63,473 nt of DNA, filler included, from Octopus bimaculoides (GCF_001194135.2; 5 parts of 5 records of this genome joined end to end with filler, not necessarily neighbours in it); one strand, 5' to 3'. Shown: positions 1-12,792, counted from the first letter of the whole stretch. Made by a program: numbers and translations. Notes: generated from the letters alone by a model not told the origin.

Positions 1-73
<73 letters not shown>

Positions 74-101
74 TCGACAGACAGACAGTTAGATACATAC
101 A

Positions 102-132
<31 letters not shown>
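1..132. repeat. Compound microsatellite (AG)n-(ACAG)n-(ATAC)n
   Basis: Directly visible tandem di- and tetranucleotide runs. Confidence 0.95.
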
Positions 133-134
<2 letters not shown>

Positions 135-139
135 TGAAA

Positions 140-800
140 TGATAACGTATACCCGTTAAGTCTTTCGTGAGTTCTATTATTGTGCGAACATTCACGAATT
201 TCGATGCGATTTGTGTGGAATGGATGGCTTTCTCTTCACACTTTTTCTTGCCTTATTTCTGCTTGCTGACGACTTCTCATAATAGAAAATGGTACTTCTA
301 GAGCTGAATAGCTTGTGGAAATGCCCATGTTGAAACGAAGTCAACGACCTACAGGATGTCTCAACATTATGCTATAGTAAATTGTCGATGTAGTCTTCAC
401 CAACATATTATCGTTTGCATATCTCTCGTATAACAACTACATTTCTTCTTCCTTGCACAGTACATTGTTATGCTTATCGGTTTAATACACACACCACTAT
501 GATCTGAAAGATTTGTTGTTCAATGTTAAGGACGTGAACTTCATGTCATCCTGTGGATCGGGGTCTTAATTGTATGTTTTACACAGGTTTCTTTCTCTCC
601 TGTTTCTATTTATTCTTCGTTTTTTTTAATTCTTTCTCCACAAAGATTTGTTACTCATCTCCAGCCTCCCTTCTCTCCCGTCATTGCGAGTGGGTGGTGT
701 CGTACCGCTGGAAACAGTATATCCTACATCTTCTGTTTATGAAGCCTAAGTTGAGGCAATCTTCTCTATCATTTCTGGAACTTCGAAGGGTGCTACAAGG
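140..800 (-). mobile_element. Highly degenerate 5' part of a non-LTR retrotransposon (start of APE endonuclease)
   Basis: Manual minus-strand translation gives fragments (NVETSCRS..., YYEKSSASRNKARKSV, VNVRTIIELTKDL) loosely resembling the N-terminus of APE domains; multiple stops and frameshifts. Confidence 0.35.
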
Positions 801-1239
801 GTAACAGCAGCTATTATTAATGATTCTGGTCTTTTCACTCTTCTTTTTTTTTTTTTTTCTTCAATTTTTCTATCTTCTCCGAGCAGAAAACACTCAGTTG
901 ACTTTTGCTGCCGCATGTATAATTACTGGGTTTTCTGACTTGCACTGCGATACTCCGTGTATCGAAGTCGACGGTTGACATAGCGCGAGAACAACCAAGT
1001 GGTCTTGAAGGACCATAAGTACTTTCAAATCGACGCTAACACCGTTCCTTGTATTCTCCGTATTTACAAATCGTTAATATTTCACTACGAAGGAGACAAT
1101 AAAGCAGGAGCCAATATCGCATTTAACAGCCTTGTGTCATACAGTCCGACGCACTACGGCACGTCTATTGGTGGGGTGTGCGTCAACTCTTTTCTTGTCA
1201 ATATTCTTTTTTTCACCTTGCCATGTAATTAATTGACTC

Positions 1240-1990
1240 TTTAGTTACACAGTGAAAAATGCCTTTCATATAAATGAAGATTTTCACTTGGTCTTCCAAC
1301 TCATAAAAGCACTTAAGTATGGCGGTTTGTGTTCTCATAATCATGGACAATGGCATCACCATATTCCGCTTCGAGATCTTTCAAAGTACCTAATCTCATT
1401 TCTTTTTCTTTTTTTTCTTTTTTTTATTTTGACAAAGTTAATGCAATTTCTTGCTACTTTAATAACACCGTTCAACTGTGAAAAAGATGTGTTGATGGAT
1501 AAGATACTGACGTACAAGCACTTAGATTACAGTTTACTATTATCCAATTCGTTTTTGCTTAGAGCAATAAATCTTTAAGGAGATTTTGTTATTAGTGCCG
1601 CACTGCCCGTTATTATGTTTGCTTAATCATTTGGATGTTAAATCCAAATGATTTATGGACAAAAAAAATCTTTAATTCTTAATATCCTTTGAAAACAGAT
1701 TGCGATTTGCGTAAAGTTTCTTTTTTAAAATGCTAGCTTGTCTAAACTCAAGATCTCTTTCAGTTCTTCGTATTCTTTAAGCTTGATTAAATAGTGACAT
1801 TTAAAAATCTACTTATCACAAATCATACTTTCCATTGCCAGGAACTTTTTGTCTCATGGGGTATTGGTTTCTGACTTAGGTACAAAGCCAACAACAGTGA
1901 GGAGATGAGATTAATCGACGCCAGTGTCATCACCAAATGTTGTTGCTCATCAATAATTTCTTATAACCCTCATGACTACATCAAAAATTT
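1240..1990 (-). mobile_element. hAT (Charlie/SPIN-like) transposase remnant
   Basis: Minus strand gives VIKVARNCINFVK..., LEAEYGDAIVHDYE and ILKCFYELEDQVKIFIYMKG, resembling the CINFIR...EYGDLLYHTEVRWLSRG..LKRFFELREEIKIFM region of Charlie-group hAT transposases. Heavily disrupted; no TIRs found. Confidence 0.5.
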
Positions 1991-2555
1991 TTTTAAAAAC
2001 TTGAACAGGTAGTTTCAAAAACGAAGTGTAAAATTTCACCCGCGATCGGCTGGTATTTCTAGGAGGTTGAATAACCACGTGGAGGCCCCGCTCTATTTTG
2101 GGGTTCTGTAGCGGAATGTAAGGTTTAACATGTTATCTACTGAGAGATTGAACACAAAAGATAGTTATTTACTGCTAACCAGTGCATTTAACTTAGAGGC
2201 ACGGGGTTAGTTGGAGACACTTTTTCTTCTATGGTAAATTACAGCATGGAAATAAGTCATTGCTTTACGCATCAGCGACTTCGCAAAGTTTTCATTGTTC
2301 TACAATTTAGAACAGAGAATATATGAACAACAGTTGAAAAAGAAGTAGCATATGGGAAACGGTTGTCAGATGCGATAGATTTACTCAGGCGGAAAAAAAC
2401 CTGATTACCCGACCAGTGACAGGAAATGGCAGGAGCTCAATAGAGAGATAAAGAAAAAAGAAATCGTGATGCAGAAACAGAATCTAGCCTAAGATATCAA
2501 GTGACGTGTGTGTGTGTGTGTGTGTNNNNNNNNNNNNNNNNNNNNNNNNNNNNNG

Positions 2556-2591
<36 letters not shown>

Positions 2592-2904
2592 TGTAGGTGT
2601 GTGCCCCCGCGGATGCGTGCATGCGTGTTCGTATGTACGTGGAAATTTTGAGAGTAAAATAACAGTTATTGGTTAATGTTGTCTACATCTAGAGAAACAT
2701 TCTTGAAAGAACAACTGTAATACAAGAGCTCTACATATGTTATAGCAACAAACAATAACAGTCAGAATTGGTACTAAGAAAACGCGAGACTAAGTGAGAA
2801 GTACGATAAAGATGTGTCATCAAAAGATGTATTTACATTACACTGAAAAAGACTTTGCGACATGAAGACAGAAGGACAAATCACCAATATCATCCGTAAC
2901 GCAA

Positions 2905-3122
2905 GACTGCGAGCGGGCAGAATCGTTAACACGCCGGGAAAAACGCTTAGTGGCGCTTCGTCTCTTTTTACGTTCTGAGTTCAAATTCCACCGAGTTTGG
3001 CTTTGCTTTTCCTCGTTTCAAGGCTAATAAAATAAGCATCAATTAATCCCTGGGGGTCGATGTAATCGACTTATCCCTCCCCTAATTTTGCTGCCCTTGT
3101 GCCAAAATTTGAAACCAATATC
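2905..3122 (+). mobile_element. tRNA-derived SINE (family A)
   Basis: Head with A-box-like GGCAGAATCGTTA and B-box-like GAGTTCAAATTCC; the same body recurs at 3655, 24192, 49120, 52046 and 57870. Confidence 0.85.
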
Positions 3123-3224
3123 ATTCTTAATTCAGACAACGCTTTCTTTAAAAGCAACATGACAAAAAAGATCTATAAATATTAGTTAGTGGACTGTCGT
3201 ATATATATGTGTGTTTGAATATGG

Positions 3225-3635
3225 TCGTGTAACTTAGCAGAGACTGATACAATAACTACCAGACTTTTGAAGAAAGCAATGGGATCGATTTGTTCGAGTA
3301 AACCCTTGAAGGTGGTCCCCAATCACATTTTTCGGGTTCAGTCCCACTGTGCGCAACCTTGGGAAAGTGTCTTCTAGTTTAGCCCCGAACTGACCGATAC
3401 TTTGTGATTGACTTTAGTACTCGGAAACTGTGTGGAAACCCGTCGTATATGTATGTGTGTGTGCGTGTTCACGCGCATGCGTGCGTGTGTGTTTGTGTGT
3501 GTGTGTGTGTGTGATACAACAGCTACGACACTCTAAAAAATAAGTACCGGGGTAGATTTGTTTCGACTAAACCCTTCAAGATGATGCCCCAGTATGGCTG
3601 CAGTTCAATGACTGAAACGAGTAAAGGATAAAAGA
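3225..3635 (+). mobile_element. Composite SINE fragments (families B/C) with internal (GT)n
   Basis: GGGTTCAGTCCCACTG...GGGAAAGTGTCTTCTA and CGACTAAACCCTTCAAG...CAGTATGGCTGCAGTTCAATGACTGAAAC match copies at 17140, 34480, 49905 and 51120. Confidence 0.75.
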
Positions 3636-3654
3636 TATTATTTATGATGAGAGT

Positions 3655-3855
3655 GAGGCGGTGAGCTGACATATTGATAGTGCGTCAGACAAAATGCTTA
3701 GTGGCATTTTTTCCATTTCTTTACATTCTGAGTTCAAATTCCGCTGAAGTCAGTTATATCTTTACTCTTTCGGCATTGAGCATTCGGGTTGTTGTAATCG
3801 ACAAAACTTGCGTCTGAAATTACTGGATTTCTGCTAAAATTTTGAAACTACTATT
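3655..3855 (+). mobile_element. tRNA-derived SINE (family A)
   Basis: GGCGGTGAGCTG...TTCTGAGTTCAAATTCCGC; similar to the other family A copies. Confidence 0.8.
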
Positions 3856-3879
3856 AATGGTGAGGGTGAAATTATGAAC

Positions 3880-4570
3880 CTGAATTGTATAAGTAAAAGA
3901 AAACAACGAAAGAAAACAGGCAATGACTAAGGAAGTTCCATTATTTTGCAAGATAAAGATTGATGGAACAACCTTGGAATAAGTTAGTAGATTTAAATAT
4001 TTGGGAAACATCATTAGATCAGATGAGATAAACATCATGCAAATTAAGCCAAGTATTGGACAGGCCAAAGCTACTTCTGGTGAGATTAAATATAAACGGC
4101 CAAACAGTGCCCATTGATAAGAGCGGGGAAAAGGTACCTAGGGCTAAACATAGGACCAATGCTTTTACACATGTTGTGAAAGAAACTGCTATTGGTAAGA
4201 GTAAGAAAAGGGACGTAGAGATTACATAGGACACATGGCTATCGATAAGTGTGAGATAAATAAGAAAGCCATTCTCACATATGATTGTATGACCTGCAAC
4301 ATCAACAGACAATTGCAAAGGCTGTCTAGTCATAATATCCATGCTGCCTAGTCATAATTCTTTAAACAAATGCAGAAGATATCCTACAGAAATAGACTTA
4401 GATGAGCAGAAATTACGAGAAAAGAGCTCAAGAAGGGAATAGAAAAAGTCCATTGGATGTCGTGGAACACGACAAAACCTTGAATACGTTGTGACAACAG
4501 GAAAAAGAATAGGCAAAAGAAGTCGAGGAAGTCATAGAGGGAAGATACACGATGGCTTTATCAGCTGTCT
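3880..4570 (+). mobile_element. RTE-clade LINE 3' fragment (RT thumb and C-terminus)
   Basis: Broken frames give CKIKIDGTTLE.VSRFKYLGNIIRSD...IKPSIGQAKA, and a GKRSRGSHR-like motif near the end. Confidence 0.7.
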
Positions 4571-5116
4571 GCTGCAAAACCGACACAGTAACTTGCTGCG
4601 GTGAGGATTAGGGAGGAGAGGTGATGTTCCATAGTCGGTTGTGGGTCACATGAAGGTAGACATGTTGCTCCAGGAGAGGAAACTTTTATAGAAAAACTCA
4701 TACGTGTCTGTAGTAATTTTAAACAGTAAGCATACATACTTATAAATATAGTGATATACACAAGGGAGCATTTTGCACCAAAACTCAATATGAGTTCCTT
4801 TCATGGTATCTGCCGTAGTATAGCTTCTTCTAACAGAGCATTGACCTTTTAGTGAAAATAAATATCACTTCTCAGTACTGCATCCGTTACTAATATATAT
4901 TTTTAACAAGCTCACTGGTTGATCACGATACCGGCTCGGGCACTGTTTTTCTATGTATCGTTGGCAATGAAATGAGTCATTGCTGCCTCTAACGGTGTTT
5001 TCAGAACGTATTACTGAAACTTGCGGAAGAGTGATGTTATTCAAATGTTGCTTGTCCTGTTTTTCATCTTACTATCTATGATTTACATATATGCAAATGT
5101 ATTTGCACACATACAC

Positions 5117-5160
<44 letters not shown>

Positions 5161-5287
5161 GAAGGTTTGAAAATGCAATTTTAAAGATGTTTATTCATTT
5201 TACCGGTTTCACATTTTTAGAAAAAGATTGTCAAAAGTAAAATATAAACCTTTATATAAGCTTTGTAGTGTTAAGTACAGGTTGTCA

Positions 5288-5490
5288 CAAAAGTATTAAA
5301 ATACATATATACATTATCTGATAATAATAAGAAAATGTAAAAAACAGTTTAAATATTAAAATACGTATATAAAAATACATATATATATTCTTTGATAATA
5401 ATAGAAAATGTTTAAAAAACAGAGAATATATATATGTATTTTTATATATGCATTTTAATACTTAAACTGTTTTCAACATTTTCTTATTAT
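5288..5490. repeat. AT-rich foldback: about 68-bp inverted repeat plus short direct repeats, abutting a gap
   Basis: 5324-5391 is the near-perfect reverse complement of 5423-5490. Confidence 0.8.
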
Positions 5491-6524
5491 NNNNNNNNNN
5501 NNNNNNNNNNNNNNNNNNNNNNNNNNNNNNNNNNNNNNNNNNNNNNNNNNNNNNNNNNNNNNNNNNNNNNNNNNNNNNNNNNNNNNNNNNNNNNNNNNNN
5601 NNNNNNNNNNNNNNNNNNNNNNNNNNNNNNNNNNNNNNNNNNNNNNNNNNNNNNNNNNNNNNNNNNNNNNNNNNNNNNNNNNNNNNNNNNNNNNNNNNNN
5701 NNNNNNNNNNNNNNNNNNNNNNNNNNNNNNNNNNNNNNNNNNNNNNNNNNNNNNNNNNNNNNNNNNNNNNNNNNNNNNNNNNNNNNNNNNNNNNNNNNNN
5801 NNNNNNNNNNNNNNNNNNNNNNNNNNNNNNNNNNNNNNNNNNNNNNNNNNNNNNNNNNNNNNNNNNNNNNNNNNNNNNNNNNNNNNNNNNNNNNNNNNNN
5901 NNNNNNNNNNNNNNNNNNNNNNNNNNNNNNNNNNNNNNNNNNNNNNNNNNNNNNNNNNNNNNNNNNNNNNNNNNNNNNNNNNNNNNNNNNNNNNNNNNNN
6001 NNNNNNNNNNNNNNNNNNNNNNNNNNNNNNNNNNNNNNNNNNNNNNNNNNNNNNNNNNNNNNNNNNNNNNNNNNNNNNNNNNNNNNNNNNNNNNNNNNNN
6101 NNNNNNNNNNNNNNNNNNNNNNNNNNNNNNNNNNNNNNNNNNNNNNNNNNNNNNNNNNNNNNNNNNNNNNNNNNNNNNNNNNNNNNNNNNNNNNNNNNNN
6201 NNNNNNNNNNNNNNNNNNNNNNNNNNNNNNNGTGTGTGTGTCTTTTTCAATCATACGCTGTATGTCTTAACTGTATATTTAATTTCTCTTGAGTTAAGAT
6301 TAAGTTCGTAAGCATCCATCACAAATTGCATAATTTGATATTCTTAACAATACCATTCACTTCTTTCACGAATCTATGAAATAGATATTGATTTATGTTA
6401 ACGTATTGATATTAAATAACAGTAAATTAGATAAAATAACCGAATATTATTCAATTATTTACAAGCGGCATAGTTTAAAACATGGGCGTCGGTGTCAATT
6501 AATGATTGGCAAAAGGAGGTGTAA

Positions 6525-9500
6525 GTCGCTCCTTCCTTCCGATAGCCTGCAGGTCATCCATGGGCAAGGTGTAGTAGCTGCTAGCCTCCCGGGTCAGGGT
6601 AACGGTGAAGACGTCAGCAGCAGGGCGTTGGATGATCAACAAGGCGGAAGAGTCTTATGGAGACCAACGGTTTGAAGACACTGCAGGTATGCGCATGATC
6701 CATTCTTGGACAACGGTAGGTGCTCATTTGGTTAAGTGCTATTGCGCAGGGGAAGGTAATGGCAACCCACTCCTTGTATTCTGCCGTGTATAGATCATGG
6801 AATGTCTGCTAACAAGAAAAGGAATAACAACCTGAAGGACACAGGAAACAGGGTCTCGTTCGATAGGGACTATTATTCGCTGCGGGAGATACTCGATCGT
6901 TATCATGCTACTGCAGCAACAACATCTGTCTCGACATGGAATGTAAGGACAATGTATCAGAGTGGAAAAATGGATAATATTTTGAAGAGGATGAGACGGT
7001 TGAGCATTAACATCCTGGGTGTTTGTGAAGTGAGATGGCCTGGTGCAGGGAAAGTTGTCTCAGATGGGGTCATGTTTCTATATTCAGGAGGAACAGGCGA
7101 CAAATATGGGCATGGAGTTGGAACGTTTCTAGATCAAGAAAAAGCTAAACGGTTGGCTGGCTACTGCTGTACCCCCGATAGAGTATATTGGTACGACTTC
7201 AAGATAAACCGTTGATACAGTAGTGATCCAGTGCTATGCTCCCACACCCAACAGTAGAGATAGATGATTTTTACGACCAATTGGATGAGGCAGCGCAGCA
7301 GTGCAAATCACATGATATCAAAATCATCATGGGAGACTTCAATGCGAAATGTGGGCAAAGTAAAGACGGTGAAACTGTTGGATTTGGTCTGAGACAGAGG
7401 AATGAACAAGGTGAGAGGCTAGTTAAGGGGTGCAAGGAAAATGATTCGATCATAACAACCACGTTTTTCAAACTTTATCTGAGAAACCGGTAAACCTGGA
7501 AAAGTTCTGGACATAGTTGCCGGAATCAGATTGATTTCATCTTGATCAATGAATGCTTTCGAAATTCAGTGCAAAGAGTCAGGACGTATCCAGGAGCCGA
7601 TTGTGACACTGACCATGTATTTCTTAGCGGAAAAATCAAACTGAAATTAAAGAAACTCTATCGGGAGAAGACTGCACCTCGACGACAGTTAAAGCTGCTA
7701 AAATTAGACAACGATATCAGGACAGGGTTTTGCCAAAACGTCATGGATCAGTATGACGAAAGACCACAGTAGGAGGAGAAAGATGAACGGAAATTCCTGC
7801 AGAATACACTGATAAAGCCAGCAGAGGAATGGCTTCCAGAAACTGAAAGAATTTCGAAAACTAAGTGGATGACTCAAGAGACACTAGAGGGATGAGAGAA
7901 GACTGGCAAAGAATAACCCGGAGATGTATAAAAAATTGAACAAAGAGATTCGAAAGATGTGCAGAGAAAGCAAAGGAAGAATATCTGGAGGGGTGTGGTG
8001 AAGAGATTGAAGAGTTGGAGAAGAAAGATGCACAGATGATGCATGAAAAAGTTAGACAGGCTGCATTTAGGAGGAAGAAAAATCTGCCAGGCTGTACTTA
8101 AGATGAAGAGGGCACAATTCTGATGGATGATGAGTCAGTCGAGAGAAGGTGGACCAATTACATCAAAGGTCTCTACGCTGATGATGGAAGGAAAGAAAAA
8201 CCAGAGATAAGCAAGCCGATGGATGGCCATATGATTACAGCAGCTGAAATCAAGCAGGCTATGGACAAGATGAAAAGTGGGAAAGCGACGGGAAATGACA
8301 ACATCACGTTTGAACTAGTAAATGCTTTGGGGAGTTTTGGAGCAGAAAAATTAACAGAGATAGCGAACCATTTTTATAACTCGGGGTCAATGTTCCTGAA
8401 GAAATGCTGGAATCAATCTTCATCGCCTTGCCTAAAAAGTATGGAACAATCGAGTGCAAAAAATGACTGAATGATAAGCCTAATGAGTCATGTGACAGAG
8501 ATTATTTTGGGAGTGGAGTTGAAATGAGTGAAAGGTACTATAAGGGGAAACCTATCAGATGAATATTTCGACTATTGAACAGGAAAGGAGAGGAGAAATG
8601 CAATTTTGTACTTGAGGACTTTGATGGAAAAGGGTATAGAGAAACAAAAAGACTTGTACATCTGTTTTATTGACCATGTGAAGGCGTTTGACTGTGTCAA
8701 GCATGAAGAGTTGGTGAGAAGAGTTGGTGGAAGAAAGAACTCGAGATTGATGGGAAAAATCCAAGAATGATTCGAAATTTGTATTGAGACCAGAAGTCAG
8801 CCATCAGAGTGCATAGAGAATTGGGTGACTGAATTGACATTCAAAAAGGCGTCCGGCAGGGTTGTACTTTGTCACCTGATTTATTCAACCTGTATAGTGA
8901 GAAAGCTCTAAGCAAGATCAAGACAATTGCAGGGCTACAACTGGGGGAAAGGAATTATAACAATCTGAGGTACGCAGACGATACGGCTTTGTTTGCGGGC
9001 ACAGAAGCAAAGCTTCAGAGTTTGATTAATGTCGTGACTTAGGAGAATGGAAAACTTGGATTGACGATTAACTGCCAGAAAACCTTCTCAATGGTCTGTA
9101 CCAAGAAAGCACAGGTACCCGCTTGTCGCTTGACGGTGAATGGAACTGGGATAGAGCAGAAGGATAATTTCATATATCTGGGAAGTTGAATAACATCAGG
9201 TGGAAGGTCAGACAAGGACATCAGGTGCAGAATTGGATTAGCAAAGAAGACTTTTATGGATATGAGGAGCATTTTTGTGCAAAGAGAACTGGAATGGAAG
9301 TCAATAAATGACTATTGAAGTGCTACATCTGGTCGGTACTAACGTATGAATGTGAGTCTTGGACGATTTGCAAAGTCATGAAGAAGAGTCTCAAAGCTGC
9401 AGAAATGTTGTTTTATAGAAAAATACTTAGAATCTCGTGGGTGACGAATGTGGAAGTGTTGAAGAAGATGAAAGTGAAGAGACAGTTAGTTGATGGATAC

Positions 9501-9810
9501 TATCAGAGAGAGACAGTGGAGATTTATTAGTCATTTTCTCAGAGAGTATAACGGAATGGAGCGTTACATAGTGGAGACTGAGCTGGTGGGAAGGAGAGCG
9601 AGAGGAAGGCAGAGAATGAAGATGTTCGACTGGATGAAGAAGAGAATGAACATGCAGAGCGAGAAAGACCTGGGTGATGTTGCGGGAGACAGAAATAAAT
9701 GGAGGAGGAAGAAGTCANNNNNNNNNNCCTGGGTGATGTTGCGGGAGACAGAAATAAATGGAGGAGGAGGAAGCCATGATTCGTCAACAGCATGAATATG
9801 CCGTGACACA
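6525..9810 (+). mobile_element. Near full-length, inactivated RTE/BovB-like LINE (APE + RT)
   Basis: APE motifs TWNVRT, ILGVCEVRW, IMGDFNAK, NQIDFIL and DCDTDH; RT YADD at 8971-8982; C-terminal GRRARGRQR; ends in an (AG)-rich tail. Many stops and frameshifts. Confidence 0.95.
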
Positions 9811-9932
9811 AGAGAGAGAGAGAGAGAAAGAAAGAGAGAGAGAAAGAAATAGAGAGAGAAAGGAAGAGAGAGAGAGAGAAAGAAAGAGAGAGAGAAAGAG
9901 AGGGAGAAAGAGAGAGAGAAAGAGAGAGAGAG
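9810..9932. repeat. (AG)/(AAAG)-rich tail following the RTE element
   Basis: Direct inspection. Confidence 0.85.
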
Positions 9933-10439
9933 TTTAAAACAGGGTTATTATTTAATATACAACATCCTGAAAATTTTCATCAGCTGAAGTGATTAAAATA
10001 AAACTAATGAATTTTATAACGGACAGAAATAATATTTAAAAAATGAGAAATTATTCAGTTTTCTTTTTCTTTTGATATGCCTATGAGTTAAATACAAGAA
10101 CATTCAGATTCTTTTTTTTTACAATGAACGAACGATGAACGACAGGAAATGAATAAAATACCTGATAATAATGTCTAATATGTCGACCCTAAAGCTTCAC
10201 TAGTTCACAGTTTTAGTCGTGAATGATCTCGTATTCAATTATTCAGCCTTTGGCCATCGGTTTTTCTTTTTTTTTTCTTTTGTCTGCTTTCATTGTTTTC
10301 TGCTATGTCATCTCTAGCCATTGTGGAAAATTAAACAAATTGCGTTTTGCCTCCAGATATACATGTGTGCATACAAACACATACACACACGCGCGCACAT
10401 ATACATGTTACTCATTTGTTTCATTCGTCAAGTTCCAAC

Positions 10440-11790
10440 AAAAGCATCCCCTCACAGGTCCATCCGGAACACACTCTACAAACTTATGCAGCTTCAGACG
10501 CCCAAACTCTTGTCCTTTAGATAACTGCTATCTCACAAAAAACATCGTTTACAAGCGTACAGTATCAGTTACCAACTGCCCATCAGCTCATGCAGCACAA
10601 CCTTCAAACCACCACTACTCCAGTTTCAAGTCCCAAGCAAAATCCAACAGTACATCGTCAACTGAGCTTATCAATAAACTAAACCTTGATTCAACTTCTA
10701 AGTGGTTTATAGTTACCCACGCTAAACCATACAGCAACTATAACAAGTGTGATCTCTACATAGTCGAGGTTTGAGCTATTTTGCAATCCACGGATTGTCT
10801 TAATGAACGCAGCGTTATAATTTTTACCTGAAAACACCGATCACTAAATCTTTTCTCAATATACAAATAACAACAACCTCACCCCGCTTTTTCCCCTAAC
10901 CTTCATAAATTTCCTTCTTACTTACCCTCACTACCACTATACTACAACATTATATTTTCCCTTTAATTCCTTTTTCTCATTTACATACTTCTCTCTGTAT
11001 TTTTCCTTACCATTTATAAAAGTTTTTTTCCTCTTATTCTTCCCTTCATTTCTTTATTGTCAATTATATATTTCTCTCTGTATCTTTCCTCTTATTTCAC
11101 CTGACTCCCCTCCTACCTCTACCCCTTTGTAAACTTACAAGTACATACGCCAACATATACCTCTACCACTTCACACTGTAGACACGCTCACCGCACACAA
11201 TATACAATCCTTAATTGATTACTAGTAGTAGCCGCCACGATTCTTGCTCATTCCATTTTGCTTTCTTCATGCATACTTTTTCCTCCCACTTGACCAAAAA
11301 TATTTCCATACCCTCTCCCCTCCACATTATATATATTTTTTCAAATACCACTCCCCTTGCTAATTTCTGTGACTTGGCCAAAATAGCCATATTGAATACT
11401 ACTGGACAAATTTACTTGAATTCTTCATTCTTTTCACTCCCTTATGCTTTTTTCTTTTTCCTTTTTTTTAATCCTAATTTCTCTCTACATTTATATTCTC
11501 TGCTCTCACTGTGTTCTCTGCACATCCTGATTGAATCTTCCATATCTTAACATGTACCTCCTTGCGATAATGTAAACTACCATTTAATCAAGATATTCTT
11601 AGCCCGAAGAGTAGCCTGCGGTATACACCTCGTTTGGATATTTATCACTTCCGAGGTTCCGCTCGCTATGAAACATAGGTAGCCTGGATTTTATCTACTC
11701 CATTCCTTAACTCTTGTGTTCTTATTTGCATACTCAGCAACCCTGGTTGCCTACTGTGAAATATAAAGAACTCTTTTCAATTTATCATAC
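10440..11790 (+). mobile_element. Penelope-like element 3' fragment (GIY-YIG endonuclease region, CT-rich 3' region, pLTR-like end)
   Basis: CSFRRPNSCPLDNCYLTKNIVYK...ISSCSTTFK...NHHYSSFK...KSNSTS...TSKWFIVTHAKPYSNYNKCDL is typical of PLE GIY-YIG C-termini; followed by a degenerate hammerhead-like motif at 11604-11677. Confidence 0.8.
11598..11682 (+). ncRNA. Degenerate hammerhead-like motif with long stem II
   Basis: CCGAAGA (U4 to C), then G-UAGC...GCUA-U enclosing a long GCGG/CCUCG/GAUA hairpin, then GAAA-CA-UA. Stem I is poor. Confidence 0.4.
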
Positions 11791-11947
11791 TTCGTTAAGA
11801 AAAAATTTACAACCTTCCATCTCAATAAACAAGTATTGTGCTTGAAAGTTATTTTTTTTATGCTTACTACGGTTTGCTTGAAGCTAACCTTCATCCTACA
11901 CCACTCCTTGGATCATATATATATATATATATATATATACATACATA

Positions 11948-12726
11948 CAGGGAGTTCGAATTAAATTTGACAGTTTGGAAAAAACAATATAAAATAAACT
12001 TATTTAAAAAAATTAACTAGGCCATGGCTGAGAGATAATAGCTTCCACTACAACCACAAGAAGGCTCCGGAACCTGGCGCACGCGCTCCTCACTTTATCC
12101 CTGGGAAGACCTTCAAACACTTCCTTGATTTTGCCTCCAACTGGGACATGATGATATTGCAGGCAAAGCTACTGTTGTCTTTCTCAACCGCGCCTCACTC
12201 ATAGTAATCAGCTGATTACAATTGGGGAGTTAAGAGGCCAGAATTTGGAGCTGGTGAAGTTTCCGACAACCACTGCTGACTCTTTCTGGAAATGTGGCAA
12301 GAAGCTGAAGCCTGCTGCTGCATATATGGCCTTCCAGCAGCATTTCTCTCTAACCCAGCAGCTTCGCAAAACCGTCTTAATTGAACCTAAGTCCTTGTTC
12401 AAAGATGTGGAGATGAATTCCGGCGTTTGCGCGCTGTCAAATTGCTTGCTGCGTCCCTCTCTGTCGTTCATATCACGTCTTACAGCCTTTAGAATGTTCA
12501 CAAAGCATTGAGCAGCAGTCATGTTGTCGAGATTTTTATAACCGGCGCGAATCATCATGATACAGGTAATCTTTTACCAATACCGAGATGGCTTCCAGTC
12601 CTCCATGTCAGCTAACTGCAACTTTAATATTTAAGCTCTCCAACGTCCTTGACTTTTCAGCAACACATCAAGCTGTTGCTGAAGAATGGAGACAGAAATA
12701 TTGTCAAATTAAGCCCGAACACCCTG
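11948..12726 (-). mobile_element. Tc1/mariner-superfamily internal-deletion derivative with TIRs and TA TSD
   Basis: Left TIR CAGGGAGTTCGAATTAAATTTGACA matches reverse-complemented right end CAGGGTGTTCGGGCTTAATTTGACA; TA on both flanks; minus strand encodes an N-terminal region and WPLNSP (WPPNSPD-like) motif. Confidence 0.9.
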
Positions 12727-12728
12727 TA

Positions 12729-12729
12729 A

Positions 12730-12791
<62 letters not shown>

Positions 12792-12792
12792 T
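12729..12792. repeat. (AGAT)n microsatellite
   Basis: Direct inspection. Confidence 0.95.

Noticed and set aside
262-295. Other CUGANGA...GAAA matches (262, 12684, 27738, 55133, and minus strand near 22465)
   Set aside because: No credible stem II, stem I or UH site; chance matches or too decayed to call.
5434-6270. Long ORFs spanning N gaps (also at 15.8-16.8, 20.5-21.0, 22.6-23.1, 35.1-36.0 and 43.6-44.3 kb and others)
   Set aside because: Open only because N codons are not stops.
9669-9772. About 45-bp direct duplication at the RTE 3' end across a 10-N gap
   Set aside because: Identical sequence on both sides of a tiny gap is most likely an unmerged contig overlap.
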